Shown here piece by piece: positions 29,138 to 40,924 of a stretch of DNA of 64,000 nucleotides. The stretch is taken from contig LNEK01000042.1 in NCBI GenBank assembly GCA_001464425.1, positions 70,841 to 134,840 on the forward strand. The letters run 5' to 3'. The stretch is from Alphaproteobacteria bacterium Ga0077535. Its GTDB lineage: Bacteria; Pseudomonadota; Alphaproteobacteria; Caulobacterales; Aquidulcibacteraceae. A program made the position numbers and the translations under genes. Position 1 is the stretch's first letter, and every line of letters starts with the position of its first letter. The notes under the pieces were generated by a model. The model was not told the origin of the DNA and ran no database searches. It worked only from the letters and a program-made list of their open reading frames with translations.

Positions 29138-31729
<2,592 letters not shown>

Positions 31730-31791
31730 GCAGTCGAGTTGCCAATCCTAAATTCGCCGTCAGTTCGTCGGTCGTTCGTTTGTCGTCATCG

Positions 31792-32511
31792 TCAAATATC
31801 GGTGCGCTCGTCGCGGCTCTGGTTGGCTCCAGCGTCCGCGCCGCCCAGTTTCCACGACACAGAGCGCCAGGAATCGGGCCAAGAGCTTGGAACGATGGCG
31901 CGGAATCCAGCCAAGCGGCCTATTTCCGCCGCCCAGCCCACCGCCAAGCGCTCTTGAAGCAGACATGCGTGTATCACACGTTCCCGCCCCAGCGCCACGC
32001 CCAAATCCTCGGACGAAAAGCAGCCAACGGCGCGCGGCGGGCGGCCCCAGAGCCCTATATGGAGGCTCATCAGCTTTTCGCGACCCTCTTGCGCGCCATC
32101 TTCTGCTTCGATCAGCACAAGCGCCGGTTTTGAGCGGATCGCGCCTTCAACTTGCGTCGCGCCGGTCGCGATGGCGCCAGCACGGCGCGCCATCCCAAGT
32201 TGATCGAGACAGCGGCGCACAAGCAGCCTTTCAGTCAGTCCAGCGAGATCCTCGGGAACTTTGGCGTGCCGTTTGAACGAGCGCGCAAAGTGGCCCTTCT
32301 TGGCAGCCAGCTCGATGCTGGCGCGGTCGGCGCGCACCCAAGCGCCGCGGCCTGGAAGCTTCGCCGCCACATCCGGCGTCACCATACCGTCACCAGCGAG
32401 CGCGAAGCGGATCAGGCCCACTTCGCTCTCACTTTGACCGCTTACGATGCAGCGCCGCTCACGATCGCGGCGCGGCGTTTCAGTTTCTATTTGGAAAGAC
32501 GCTGGCGACAT
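31792..32511 (-). CDS. YlxR/DUF448-type RNA-binding protein of the nusA-infB operon
   Basis: Track ORF 31792..32604, trimmed to ATG 32511 (MSPASFQIE...), which overlaps the nusA 3' end by ~30 nt. Motif ERRCIVSG...LPGRGAWV. Classic position between nusA and infB. Confidence 0.8.
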   Translation of the reverse strand: MSPASFQIETETPRRDRERRCIVSGQSESEVGLIRFALAGDGMVTPDVAAKLPGRGAWVRADRASIELAAKKGHFARSFKRHAKVPEDLAGLTERLLVRRCLDQLGMARRAGAIATGATQVEGAIRSKPALVLIEAEDGAQEGREKLMSLHIGLWGRPPRAVGCFSSEDLGVALGRERVIHACLLQERLAVGWAAEIGRLAGFRAIVPSSWPDSWRSVSWKLGGADAGANQSRDERTDI

Positions 32512-34132
32512 CGTCGGCGTCTCCTTCCACTTCCGGCTCGGGCTCCGGCTCGGGCGGCGCTTCGATCCAGCCGGCGGCGACGCGGGCGTTGAGCACCAGC
32601 GCATCGGCTTGCTCTTGCGTCAGTTGGAAATCTTCCAGCACGCCCGGCTCGCGCACGCGCTCACCGTTCTTAGTTTCGAAGTAGCCGCGGATATCATCGC
32701 CGACCAGGCCGGCGAAATCTTCCAGCGTCTTGACGCCCTTCTCACCGAGCGCGACCAGCATCGGGCCAGTAATGCCGGGGACGCCCTTCAGATCGTCGGC
32801 CACGCCCAGCGCCACGCGCTTGGCTTCGAGTTCAGCCGCGAACTTATCGAGGAATTCACGCCCCCGGGCTTGCAGCTCGTCAGCGATTTCGTCGTTGAGG
32901 CCCTCGATCGAGGCCAGCTCCATTTGGTCGACATAGGCAATTTCTTCGACCGTCTCGAAGCCTTCCGAGGCCAGGAGCTGGGCGAACATTTCATCCACTT
33001 CCAGCGCTTTGACGAAGAGTTCAGTGCGGGTCGCGAATTCCTTCTGACGGCGCTCGGATTCTTCCGCTTCCGTGAGAATGTCGATCGACCAGCCGGTGAG
33101 CTGCGAGGCCAGGCGCACATTCTGGCCGCGGCGGCCGATCGCGAGTGAAAGCTGCGCTTCGCCGACAACGACTTCAACGCGCGCCTCTTCCGGATCGAGC
33201 ACGACCTTGGAGACTTCCGCCGGCTGCAGCGCGTTGACGATGAAAGTAGCGGGATCGGACGACCATGGAATGATATCGATCTTCTCGCCTTGCAGTTCGC
33301 CGACCACCGCTTGCACGCGCGCGCCGCGCATACCGACGCAGGCGCCGACTGGGTCGATCGAGCTATCGTGGCTGATCACGGCGATCTTGGCGCGTGAGCC
33401 CGGGTCACGAGCGGCGGCTTTGATCTCGATCACGCCTTCGTACACTTCCGGCACTTCCTGCGCGAACAAGCGGGCCATGAACTCCGGCTTGGCGCGCGAC
33501 AGGAAGATTTGCGGGCCCTTGGTCTCGCGGCGGACGTCATAGACGTAAGCGCGGGTGCGATCGCCGACACGGAGGTTTTCGCGCGGGATGCTTTCCGACT
33601 TACGGATGACGCCTTCGGCGCGGCCTAGATCGACGATGACGTTATAGAACTCAACGCGCTTCACGACGCCGTTGATGATCTCGCCGATGCGATCCTTGTA
33701 CTCGCTGAACTGACGCTCACGCTCAGCTTCGCGGACTTCGTGGTTGATCACCTGCTTAGCGGTTTGCGCGGCGACGCGGCCGAATTCGATCGGCGGCAGA
33801 CCTTCGCTATATTCCTTGCCCAGCACCGCTTCCGGATCGGTTTTCTTGGCGACGTCGAGCATGATGTCGGTCGATGGATTGAACGGGCGGGTTTCAGGAT
33901 CGAGCATCGACTCGTCCACCACCGTCATCACCCGCTTCAGCTCCATCTCGCCCGTCTTCTGGTCGATGGTGGCGCGGATGTCGTGCTCGGCGCCGTAGCG
34001 CGAGCGGGCGGCCTTTTGCAGCGCGTGCTCCATCGCCTGGATGACGATCTCTTTGTCGATCGACTTCTCGCGCGCGACCGCGTCAGCGATCTGAAGGATT
34101 TCCATCCGGTTTGCAGAAATGCCGGTGCTCAT
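32480..34132 (-). CDS. nusA: Transcription termination/antitermination factor NusA
   Basis: 550 aa. N-terminal domain, S1 ([13 protein letters not shown]), KH1/KH2 ([16 protein letters not shown]; [19 protein letters not shown]), C-terminal acidic repeats. Confidence 0.97.
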   Translation of the reverse strand: MSTGISANRMEILQIADAVAREKSIDKEIVIQAMEHALQKAARSRYGAEHDIRATIDQKTGEMELKRVMTVVDESMLDPETRPFNPSTDIMLDVAKKTDPEAVLGKEYSEGLPPIEFGRVAAQTAKQVINHEVREAERERQFSEYKDRIGEIINGVVKRVEFYNVIVDLGRAEGVIRKSESIPRENLRVGDRTRAYVYDVRRETKGPQIFLSRAKPEFMARLFAQEVPEVYEGVIEIKAAARDPGSRAKIAVISHDSSIDPVGACVGMRGARVQAVVGELQGEKIDIIPWSSDPATFIVNALQPAEVSKVVLDPEEARVEVVVGEAQLSLAIGRRGQNVRLASQLTGWSIDILTEAEESERRQKEFATRTELFVKALEVDEMFAQLLASEGFETVEEIAYVDQMELASIEGLNDEIADELQARGREFLDKFAAELEAKRVALGVADDLKGVPGITGPMLVALGEKGVKTLEDFAGLVGDDIRGYFETKNGERVREPGVLEDFQLTQEQADALVLNARVAAGWIEAPPEPEPEPEVEGDADDVASVFPNRN

Positions 34133-34677
34133 GTGTCTTGTCCTTCGTCGTCAGCATCTAATCCGGCGGCCTCGGCCGCCTTGGCACGTTTCAAATCTTC
34201 AGCGATCAGCTGGTCCGTCAGCACGAGGCGCGCGTCCGACAGTTGCGCAAACTTCAAGCGCGTTTCGCCCTGATCGGTCGTCAACACGATCACGTCGCCC
34301 TCGATGGCGGTGATCACGCCTTTAAAGCGGCGTTGATTATCGGTGAGCGCGGCGGTTTCGAGCTTCGCCTGGTGGCCCTTGAAGCGCTCGAAATCCTCAA
34401 GACGGATCAGCGGGCGATCGATGCCCGGCGAGGAGATTTCGAGATCATATTCACTCTGGACCGGGTCCTCGAGATCGAACACCGGCGCCAGCGCACGCGA
34501 GAGCTTAGTGCAATCGCCAATGCCCATTTCGCCGTCAGAGAGGCGCTCGGCCATGATCTGAAGGCGTTTGCGGCGATTTCCGGAGAGGCGCACGCGCACG
34601 ATCCGGTAGCCGAGGCCAGTGGCGGTCGGCTCGATCAGCGCGACGACGCGCTCTTCAACGGGGTTAGTGGTGCGCAA
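34129..34677 (-). CDS. rimP: Ribosome maturation factor RimP
   Basis: Track ORF 34129..34842, trimmed to in-frame TTG 34677 (M)RTTNPVEERVVALIEP... because an intrinsic terminator lies inside the longer N-extension. ATGA-type overlap with the nusA start. Confidence 0.8.
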   Translation of the reverse strand: MRTTNPVEERVVALIEPTATGLGYRIVRVRLSGNRRKRLQIMAERLSDGEMGIGDCTKLSRALAPVFDLEDPVQSEYDLEISSPGIDRPLIRLEDFERFKGHQAKLETAALTDNQRRFKGVITAIEGDVIVLTTDQGETRLKFAQLSDARLVLTDQLIAEDLKRAKAAEAAGLDADDEGQDT

Positions 34678-34690
34678 CCCGGCTCCAAGT

Positions 34691-34722
34691 AACAAAAAAG
34701 CGGCGGACCCGGGGCCCGCCGC
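34691..34722 (-). terminator. Rho-independent terminator upstream of rimP
   Basis: Minus strand: GCGGCGG-GCCCCGGGT-CCGCCGC followed by TTTTTTGTT. Downstream of the methyltransferase gene ending at 34844. Confidence 0.55.
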
Positions 34723-34843
34723 TGCGCCTCCGTCGGAGGCATCAGCGAAGATGTTGGAGGCGATATAGCGGGTCTTTGACCCAGCGCCAAGCCCCCACGG
34801 CGTGGCTGGCTCGATTTCAAAGAAACCGAACCAGCCCAACACC

Positions 34844-35662
34844 CTATTTGGTCACCGTCACCCGCAGATAGGTCGCCGGGATCGACGTGCGCTCGACGCT
34901 GTCGCTTTGGTTCTGCGCTACGAAGAGTGCTTCGAGTTCCTTTTGCAGCTCCGCCTCGCGACCGTTTTTCTCTGCGGCCTCAAACGCATTCATGGTCGGG
35001 CCATAGAACGTGCGGAAGCGATCGACGAACGCTGGCGGTGGGCCGTCAAACTTGAACCAATAGGTCTCCCGCGCAGTCGCGATGTTCGCAGCCGGCACGC
35101 CCGCCGCCGTGAAGCGCTCGATCACGTTCGCTTCGACGCCCCACGTCACCGGGCTGATGAAGCCCTCCGGCGGCGGCGGTGAATAGGACGCGCTGATCTT
35201 CAGGATTTGCGCGACCAAAGTCGGATCGCCCGGAATCCAATTTCCCATCACGATGCGGCCGCCGGGCTTGGTCACCCGCACCATCTCCTTGGCGACATCG
35301 AACGGCCGCGGCGCAAACATCGCGCCGAAAATGCTGACGATGAGATCAAAGCTGTTGGCTTCCAGCCCTTCCAGATTGGAGGCATCGCCCTCCTGGAAGC
35401 GGATGTTCGTCAGGCCCGCTTCACGCGCGCGGCGATTGCCGGCCTCGACCAGATTGCGCGCGATATCGACGCCCAGCACGTCCGCGCCGAGCTGCGCTGC
35501 CGGGATAGCCGTCGTGCCGTCGCCGCAGCCAAGGTCGAGCACGCGCAGGCCCGGCTTCACACCGACATCGCGGACGAGCGCTTCGCCGCTCTCGCGCATA
35601 GTTTCGGCCAAACGGGTGAAATCACCCTTTTCCCAAAGGGCTTTGTTGGGATTCGTACTCAT
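34844..35662 (-). CDS. Class I SAM-dependent methyltransferase
   Basis: 272 aa. SAM motif VLDLGCGDGT, then DLIVSIFGAMF. Confidence 0.85.
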   Translation of the reverse strand: MSTNPNKALWEKGDFTRLAETMRESGEALVRDVGVKPGLRVLDLGCGDGTTAIPAAQLGADVLGVDIARNLVEAGNRRAREAGLTNIRFQEGDASNLEGLEANSFDLIVSIFGAMFAPRPFDVAKEMVRVTKPGGRIVMGNWIPGDPTLVAQILKISASYSPPPPEGFISPVTWGVEANVIERFTAAGVPAANIATARETYWFKFDGPPPAFVDRFRTFYGPTMNAFEAAEKNGREAELQKELEALFVAQNQSDSVERTSIPATYLRVTVTK

Positions 35663-35698
35663 TGCTTTGCCTTTCAGCGCTATCGGCGCCCCGCTGAC

Positions 35699-36151
35699 TT
35701 AGCGTGTATCGGCATCCGTCGATGTGACTTCGGCCACACCGGCGTGTCCAGTCCAAAGCACGACGTTCACTTTGCGAAAGATTTCCGCCGCGTAGCCGCT
35801 TTCGGTGCGTTCACGAGGCTGCGCCGGATCGCGGGGGTCGACGGCGACGGTGACGCGGGTCGTTCTGGCGTCCACCGGCGCGATGACGACGCGCCCGCTC
35901 TCGCCCCAACCCGTAGGCGTGACGGGCCGATCGAAGCGCGCAACACGTGCGCCCGCAACCTCAACCGGCGCGATGATGTTCACCGGCAGCGTTTCCATCG
36001 CCACGTCAACCGCAGCGCTCACGCTCTCGAAGTCCGCGGCGAAGGCACGCGACACGCCGGCATGCAGCGGCCGACTCTCTAAGCTCGCCGCAGTCGAGCA
36101 TGCAGCGAGCGCCGCGCACACGAGCAAGGCAAAGCGGCGGCGTGTCGGCAT
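35699..36151 (-). CDS. Hypothetical lipoprotein
   Basis: 150 aa. MPTRRRFALLVCAALAACS signal/lipobox. No recognised domain. Confidence 0.55.
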   Translation of the reverse strand: MPTRRRFALLVCAALAACSTAASLESRPLHAGVSRAFAADFESVSAAVDVAMETLPVNIIAPVEVAGARVARFDRPVTPTGWGESGRVVIAPVDARTTRVTVAVDPRDPAQPRERTESGYAAEIFRKVNVVLWTGHAGVAEVTSTDADTR

Positions 36152-36185
36152 TCGAGTTCCTTCGGTGCATTCTGCAGAAGGCTAT

Positions 36186-36950
36186 TTAGGCCGATCTTTC
36201 AAAGCGCAGCCACACTGGGGCGCAGTCACCGAGTTGCTTTTGCTCGTATCGCGTCTGCACGTGCTCCGGCCAAGCAGCGCGCCAATCGGCGGCGCTTTCT
36301 GCTAGCCATTTGAAGCGCGCATCGCGGGTGACGTGCTCCAGCGTCCACGCCGCGTAATTCGCCCAATCCGTTGCGAAGCGAAGTTCCGCGCCGGGCTTCA
36401 TCACGCGCGCGAGTTCGCCGAGGAACTCCGGTTGTATCAGGCGCCGCTTGTGATGACGCACCTTCGGCCACGGGTCGGGAAACAGGATGTACACGCGATC
36501 GAGCGAGGCATCCGGCAACCGCGCGACGACGTCGCGCGCATCACCCTGGTGCAGCCGAATATTTTGCGCGCCGCTCTCTTCGATGTGCCGCAAGCACGAG
36601 GCGACGCCGTTGATGAAGGGCTCGACACCAATGAAGCGCAGATCCGGCTGCGCGGAAGCTTGCGCCACCAGATGCTCGCCGCCGCCGAAACCGATTTCGA
36701 GCACGAGCCCCTCCCCCTTGGAGGGGTTGGGGTGGGAGGCAGGGACAAGTTCGCTCGGCGCCACATTCTGCACCGCCCCCCGCCCCGGCCCTCCCCCAAG
36801 GGGGAGGGAGAACAGCGCCTCCACATCAATCTCCCCCTCCTCCGGCACGGCCAGATGCGGCAGCAGCGTTTCCATCAGCCCGGCTTGGCGGGGCTTTAGC
36901 GTGCGCGCTTTGATGCGGCCGAAAGTTCGGAGGGGGCGGTGTTCGTCCAT
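36186..36950 (-). CDS. trmB: tRNA (guanine-N7)-methyltransferase with in-frame repeat-derived insertion
   Basis: 254 aa. TrmB motifs LEIGFGGGEH, FPDPWPKVRHHKRR, FATDW. An extra ~33 aa (SLPLGGGPGRGAVQNVAPSELVPASHPNPSKGEG) precedes the SAM motif. Confidence 0.88.
   Translation of the reverse strand: MDEHRPLRTFGRIKARTLKPRQAGLMETLLPHLAVPEEGEIDVEALFSLPLGGGPGRGAVQNVAPSELVPASHPNPSKGEGLVLEIGFGGGEHLVAQASAQPDLRFIGVEPFINGVASCLRHIEESGAQNIRLHQGDARDVVARLPDASLDRVYILFPDPWPKVRHHKRRLIQPEFLGELARVMKPGAELRFATDWANYAAWTLEHVTRDARFKWLAESAADWRAAWPEHVQTRYEQKQLGDCAPVWLRFERSA
36705..36812. repeat. REP/MITE-like G/C-rich double-hairpin element inside trmB
   Basis: CCCTCCCCCAAGGGGGAGGG (36789-36808; perfect 9-bp stem) and CCCCTCCCCCTTGGAGGGG..GGGTGGGAGG (36708-36739) flank a ~50-bp core. 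Confidence 0.6.
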
Positions 36951-37044
36951 TGGCGCGGGGCATAGCGCAACATTGCCGCCGCGCGAACTCGCCGCCCCTC
37001 CCTATATCTGCTACCTGAGCTGAAAATCCCCGGAGGAGACCCCC

Positions 37045-38487
37045 ATGCGCGAACAATTGAACTTCTACATTGACGGCAAATGGGTCGCCCCAGCGAAGCC
37101 GCGCACGCATGACGTGATCAACCCAGCCAATGAAGAACCTTGCGGCCGTATCTCGCTCGGCGGCGCTGAGGACGTAAACAAGGCGGTCGCCGCGGCCAAG
37201 AAGGCGTTCGAGACCTGGTCGGTCACCACTATCGATGAGCGCAAGGCCATCCTCGATAAGGTCATCGCGATTTATCAGCGCCGCATGGGCGAAATGGCCG
37301 AAACCATTTCGATGGAAATGGGCGCCCCGCTCCCGATCGCGCAGCAGATGCAAGCGCCCGCGGGCCTCGGCTATCTCATCGATGCTCGCAAACAGCTCGA
37401 TACGTTCGATTTCGAGTACGATTACGGCAAGGGCCGCCGCATCCTGAAGGAGCCGATTGGCGTCATCGGCATGATCACGCCGTGGAATTGGCCGATGAAC
37501 CAAGTGTGCGCCAAAGTCGGCCCGGCGCTGGCGGCTGGCTGCACGATGGTGCTGAAGCCTTCTGAACTTGCGCCGCTCAACGCTATTCTTTTTGCGGAAA
37601 TCCTGGACGAGGCCGGCGTGCCGGCTGGCGTGTTCAATCTTGTCAACGGCGATGGGCCGGGCGTTGGCTCTGCCCTCTCCGCGCATCCCGATGTCGACAT
37701 GCTGAGCTTCACCGGCTCGACGCGGGCTGGCACGGCGGTGATGGAAAACGCCGCCAAGGGCATCAAGAAAGTCGCGCTCGAACTCGGCGGCAAGAGCCCG
37801 AACATCATTCTGGACGACGCTGATCTGCCGCAAGCGGTCGCGCGCAGCATGCTGCACATGGCCAACAATACCGGCCAAAGCTGCAATGCGCCGTCGCGCA
37901 TGCTGGCGCCGAAGTCGAAGTACGAAGAGATCGTCGGTATCGCGGCGCAAACTGCAAAGAGCATCAAGGTGCAGGCGCCGGATCAAGCTGAAGCCGGCGC
38001 CATCGGCCCGCTGGCCAACGCTAACCAATTCCAGAAGGTGCAAGGCCTCATTCAAAAAGGCATCGACGAAGGCGCGCGTCTGGCCGCCGGCGGCGTTGGC
38101 CGCCCGGACGGATTGAACCGCGGCTATTACGTAAAGCCGACCGTGTTTGCTGACGTGAACAACGACATGACCATCGCACGCGAAGAGATCTTCGGGCCGG
38201 TGCTCGTGATCATCCCCTACGAAACCGAAGCAGACGCGATCCGCATCGCGAACGACACGCCATACGGCCTCGCCGCCTATGTGCAAGGCAGCAACCAAGA
38301 GCGTGTGCGCAAAGTCGCGCGTCAGCTGCGCGCGGGCAACGTCCACATCAATGGCGCGCAGGGCGGTTTGGGCGCGCCATTCGGGGGCTACAAGCAATCC
38401 GGCATCGGCCGCGAAGGCGGCTCTTTCGGCCTCGAGGAATTCCTCGAAGTGAAGGGCGCTTACGGCTGGGGCGAGCAGCAAGCGTAA
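37045..38487 (+). CDS. NAD(P)-dependent aldehyde dehydrogenase
   Basis: 480 aa. FTGSTRAG, ELGGKSP, catalytic Cys in GQSCNAPS, EEIFGPV, C-terminal PFGGYKQSGIGRE. Confidence 0.92.
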   Translation: MREQLNFYIDGKWVAPAKPRTHDVINPANEEPCGRISLGGAEDVNKAVAAAKKAFETWSVTTIDERKAILDKVIAIYQRRMGEMAETISMEMGAPLPIAQQMQAPAGLGYLIDARKQLDTFDFEYDYGKGRRILKEPIGVIGMITPWNWPMNQVCAKVGPALAAGCTMVLKPSELAPLNAILFAEILDEAGVPAGVFNLVNGDGPGVGSALSAHPDVDMLSFTGSTRAGTAVMENAAKGIKKVALELGGKSPNIILDDADLPQAVARSMLHMANNTGQSCNAPSRMLAPKSKYEEIVGIAAQTAKSIKVQAPDQAEAGAIGPLANANQFQKVQGLIQKGIDEGARLAAGGVGRPDGLNRGYYVKPTVFADVNNDMTIAREEIFGPVLVIIPYETEADAIRIANDTPYGLAAYVQGSNQERVRKVARQLRAGNVHINGAQGGLGAPFGGYKQSGIGREGGSFGLEEFLEVKGAYGWGEQQA

Positions 38488-38523
38488 ACACAACGCAAAC
38501 ACCCGCTTCACGGGGTGTTAGCT

Positions 38524-39153
38524 ATGAACGGGCAGAGTGTGCGGAACATGATTCCGCCACTCGATCCCTTCGCGCAAAAATTCGACTCGATCGAAGTCAG
38601 CGCCGGCGCGTCCAGCGCCTATGAGCAAGCGCTCGCCATGTCCGCGCCGAGCGCGGCCGCGCCTGAGTTCGACACGCCTGGATTTTACCTGCTGAACGAC
38701 GCTGGCGGACGCTTCACCGTCGATCGCGATCTCGGCGTGGTTTCGCTGCGCGACGAAGCGCTCCTCGCAAGAGAACATGGCGCCGTGCACGACGTGCGCC
38801 TGCGCGTGGTCGAAAATTCCGGCGCAAGCTATGAACTGGCCATGCAACTGCGGATCACCGGTATGGTGCCGCAAATGGTCGGCAAGGAAGATTTCACCTT
38901 CGCCGCCGCACCGGCGCCGCGCCCGGCGCAGGAACAACAGCCCGAACCGGTGCGCACGCACGTCGCCTGGGCGACGTTTGCAGCGACCCACGATTCCGGT
39001 GGCGCGCCGTCATCACTGAGCAGCTGTGGCGCCGCGCCCTATGGCTCATTGCTTTGCGCGCCGACGCCGAGTGTGACGATCCAGTCCGCAACGCTCGCGC
39101 TCGGCCAAACGCCGCTGCCGCCGGCCAGCAAGGACGCTGTCTGGTCGATCTGA
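38524..39153 (+). CDS. Hypothetical protein with one cadherin-like repeat signature
   Basis: Track ORF 38515..39153. Segment FTVDRDLGVVSLRDEALLAREHGAVHDVRLRVVENSGASYELAMQLRI resembles a cadherin/HYR-type repeat. No signal peptide seen. Confidence 0.5.
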   Translation: MNGQSVRNMIPPLDPFAQKFDSIEVSAGASSAYEQALAMSAPSAAAPEFDTPGFYLLNDAGGRFTVDRDLGVVSLRDEALLAREHGAVHDVRLRVVENSGASYELAMQLRITGMVPQMVGKEDFTFAAAPAPRPAQEQQPEPVRTHVAWATFAATHDSGGAPSSLSSCGAAPYGSLLCAPTPSVTIQSATLALGQTPLPPASKDAVWSI

Positions 39154-39237
39154 TCGATCGATCTCAGCTGGGCGGCATTGAAATTCACGCACAACAAGCA
39201 GAGAACGTCGCGATGTTGATCGCGACGGAGCTAACGC

Positions 39238-40518
39238 GTGGCTGAAAAGAAATGGCGTAAACGCACGCTCGGCAATCGCGCTCTGGCGCCTGAAACGCTG
39301 ATGATGGGCTACGGCTACGATCCGATGCTGTCGGAAGGGTCGCTTAAGCCGCCCCAATTTCAGACGTCGACGTTCGTGTTCAAGTCCGCCGAAGACGGCA
39401 AAAACTTTTTCGCCACCATCCAAGGCCGCCGTAAGCTCGGGCCAGACGAAGAGCCCGGCCTCATCTATTCGCGCTTCAACAATCCAAATCTCGAAGTCGT
39501 CGAGGATCGATTGGCGCTTTGGGACGATGCGGAGACCTCGCTCGTCTTCGCCTCCGGCATGGCCGCGATCTCAACCGCCCTGCTCGCGTATCTCCGCCCC
39601 GGCGACGTCATTCTGCAGAGCCGCCCGATCTATGGCGGCACTGAAACGCTGATCCACTCGATTTTGCCGGAATTCGGCATCACGCCGTTCGGCTTCGAGG
39701 CCGAGCTTGGCGCGGAAGAAATGCGCCGCGCCGCGCAAAAAGCCCGCGACAAAGGCCGCATCGGCGCGATCTTCATCGAAACGCCGGCGAACCCAACCAA
39801 CGCACTGGTCGATATCGCCGCGGCACGAGAGCTTTCGAATGCGCTGACCATAGATGGCCGGCGTCCGCCCGTAATCGTCGACAACACCCTGCTCGGCCCC
39901 GTTTATTCAACGCCGCTCCAGCACGGCGCCGACATCGTGCTCATGTCGCTTACCAAGTACGTAGGCGGCCATTCCGATTTGATCGCCGGTAGCGCCTCTG
40001 GGTCGAAAGCGATGCTCGCGCCTGTGCGCCGCATGCGCTCGACGCTCGGCACCATGGCCGACACGCATACTGCGTGGTTGCTGATGCGCTCGCTCGAGAC
40101 GCTGAAGATTCGCATGGAAGCCGGCGCAGCGGGTGCACGCAAAGTGGCCGAGTTTTTGCGCGAGCATCCTAAGGTGCAGAGCGTCTGGTATCTCGACTTT
40201 CTGCCCGAAGATCACCCCGACCGGCCGGTCCATGAAAAGCAAAACAAGAATGCCGGCTCGACGTTTTCTTTCGAAGTGAAGGGTGGCGAAGCCGAGGCGT
40301 TCCGTGTTCTGGATCGGCTGCAGATCATCAAGCTCGCGGTCAGCCTTGGCGGCACCGAGACGCTCGCCTCGCATCCGGCCGCAATGACGCATTCCGGCAT
40401 GCCGGCGGGCGAGCTTGCGCGCTACTCGATCCGCCCGAACCTCATCCGCATCTCGATCGGCATCGAAAACCCGGATGATCTGATCGCCGATCTGGCTCAG
40501 GCGCTCGACGCGATCTAG
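39238..40518 (+). CDS. Cys/Met-metabolism PLP-dependent enzyme (cystathionine gamma-synthase / methionine gamma-lyase family)
   Basis: 426 aa. PLP-lysine motif SLTKYVGGHSD; N-terminal PPQFQTSTFVF; C-terminal LGGTETLASHPAAMTH. Confidence 0.88.
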   Translation: MAEKKWRKRTLGNRALAPETLMMGYGYDPMLSEGSLKPPQFQTSTFVFKSAEDGKNFFATIQGRRKLGPDEEPGLIYSRFNNPNLEVVEDRLALWDDAETSLVFASGMAAISTALLAYLRPGDVILQSRPIYGGTETLIHSILPEFGITPFGFEAELGAEEMRRAAQKARDKGRIGAIFIETPANPTNALVDIAAARELSNALTIDGRRPPVIVDNTLLGPVYSTPLQHGADIVLMSLTKYVGGHSDLIAGSASGSKAMLAPVRRMRSTLGTMADTHTAWLLMRSLETLKIRMEAGAAGARKVAEFLREHPKVQSVWYLDFLPEDHPDRPVHEKQNKNAGSTFSFEVKGGEAEAFRVLDRLQIIKLAVSLGGTETLASHPAAMTHSGMPAGELARYSIRPNLIRISIGIENPDDLIADLAQALDAI

Positions 40519-40862
40519 CTCGGCGGCGGTTCCTGGATCGATTGCAGGTACACAATCAGAGCATCGACGCCCTGCGGGTTGAACTGAAAGTCCGGCATTG
40601 GGTGCGCAACCTGTATGCCGTTGATCAGCTCTTCCGCCAAAACTTCGCCGCCGTGCTCCGCCAGCACATAGCGCAGCGGTGGCGCGGCAGCGTTCGGGCT
40701 CGCACCATACTCACCGACCGCGTGGCAAGACGCGCATTGCGCTTCGGCAATGGCGCGGCCGTCATCCGCGAGAGCAGCGCGCGACACGCCCTCCTCGGCG
40801 GGCGCTGCGCAGGCAGTCAAGGCGAGCGCCGCTGCAGCTGCGGCCAACATCAAACGAACCAT
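40515..40862 (-). CDS. Small periplasmic c-type cytochrome
   Basis: Track ORF 40515..40994, trimmed to ATG 40862 (AAGGAG RBS; MVRLMLAAAAAALALTACAAP). Haem motif CASCH. Confidence 0.75.
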   Translation of the reverse strand: MVRLMLAAAAAALALTACAAPAEEGVSRAALADDGRAIAEAQCASCHAVGEYGASPNAAAPPLRYVLAEHGGEVLAEELINGIQVAHPMPDFQFNPQGVDALIVYLQSIQEPPPS

Positions 40863-40924
40863 CGCAAGCTCCTTATGCGCAGTGGAGCTTAGCGCATCGG
40901 CGCGGCTGTCTATATAGAAACCGC

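Noticed and set aside
36826-38511. 561-aa minus-strand ORF, the longest unexplained ORF in the track
   Set aside because: Exactly antisense to the well-supported aldehyde dehydrogenase (37045..38487). Its Arg/Ala/Gly/His-rich low-complexity translation is typical of antisense frames in high-GC DNA, and it has no motifs.
39195-39225. Possible riboswitch or attenuator hairpin GTCGCGAT-N4-ATCGCGAC upstream of the Cys/Met PLP enzyme
   Set aside because: The spacer is only ~84 nt. It lacks the SAM-II/SAM-I conserved elements I know and has no T-tract. More likely an incidental dyad or an operator, and not supportable.
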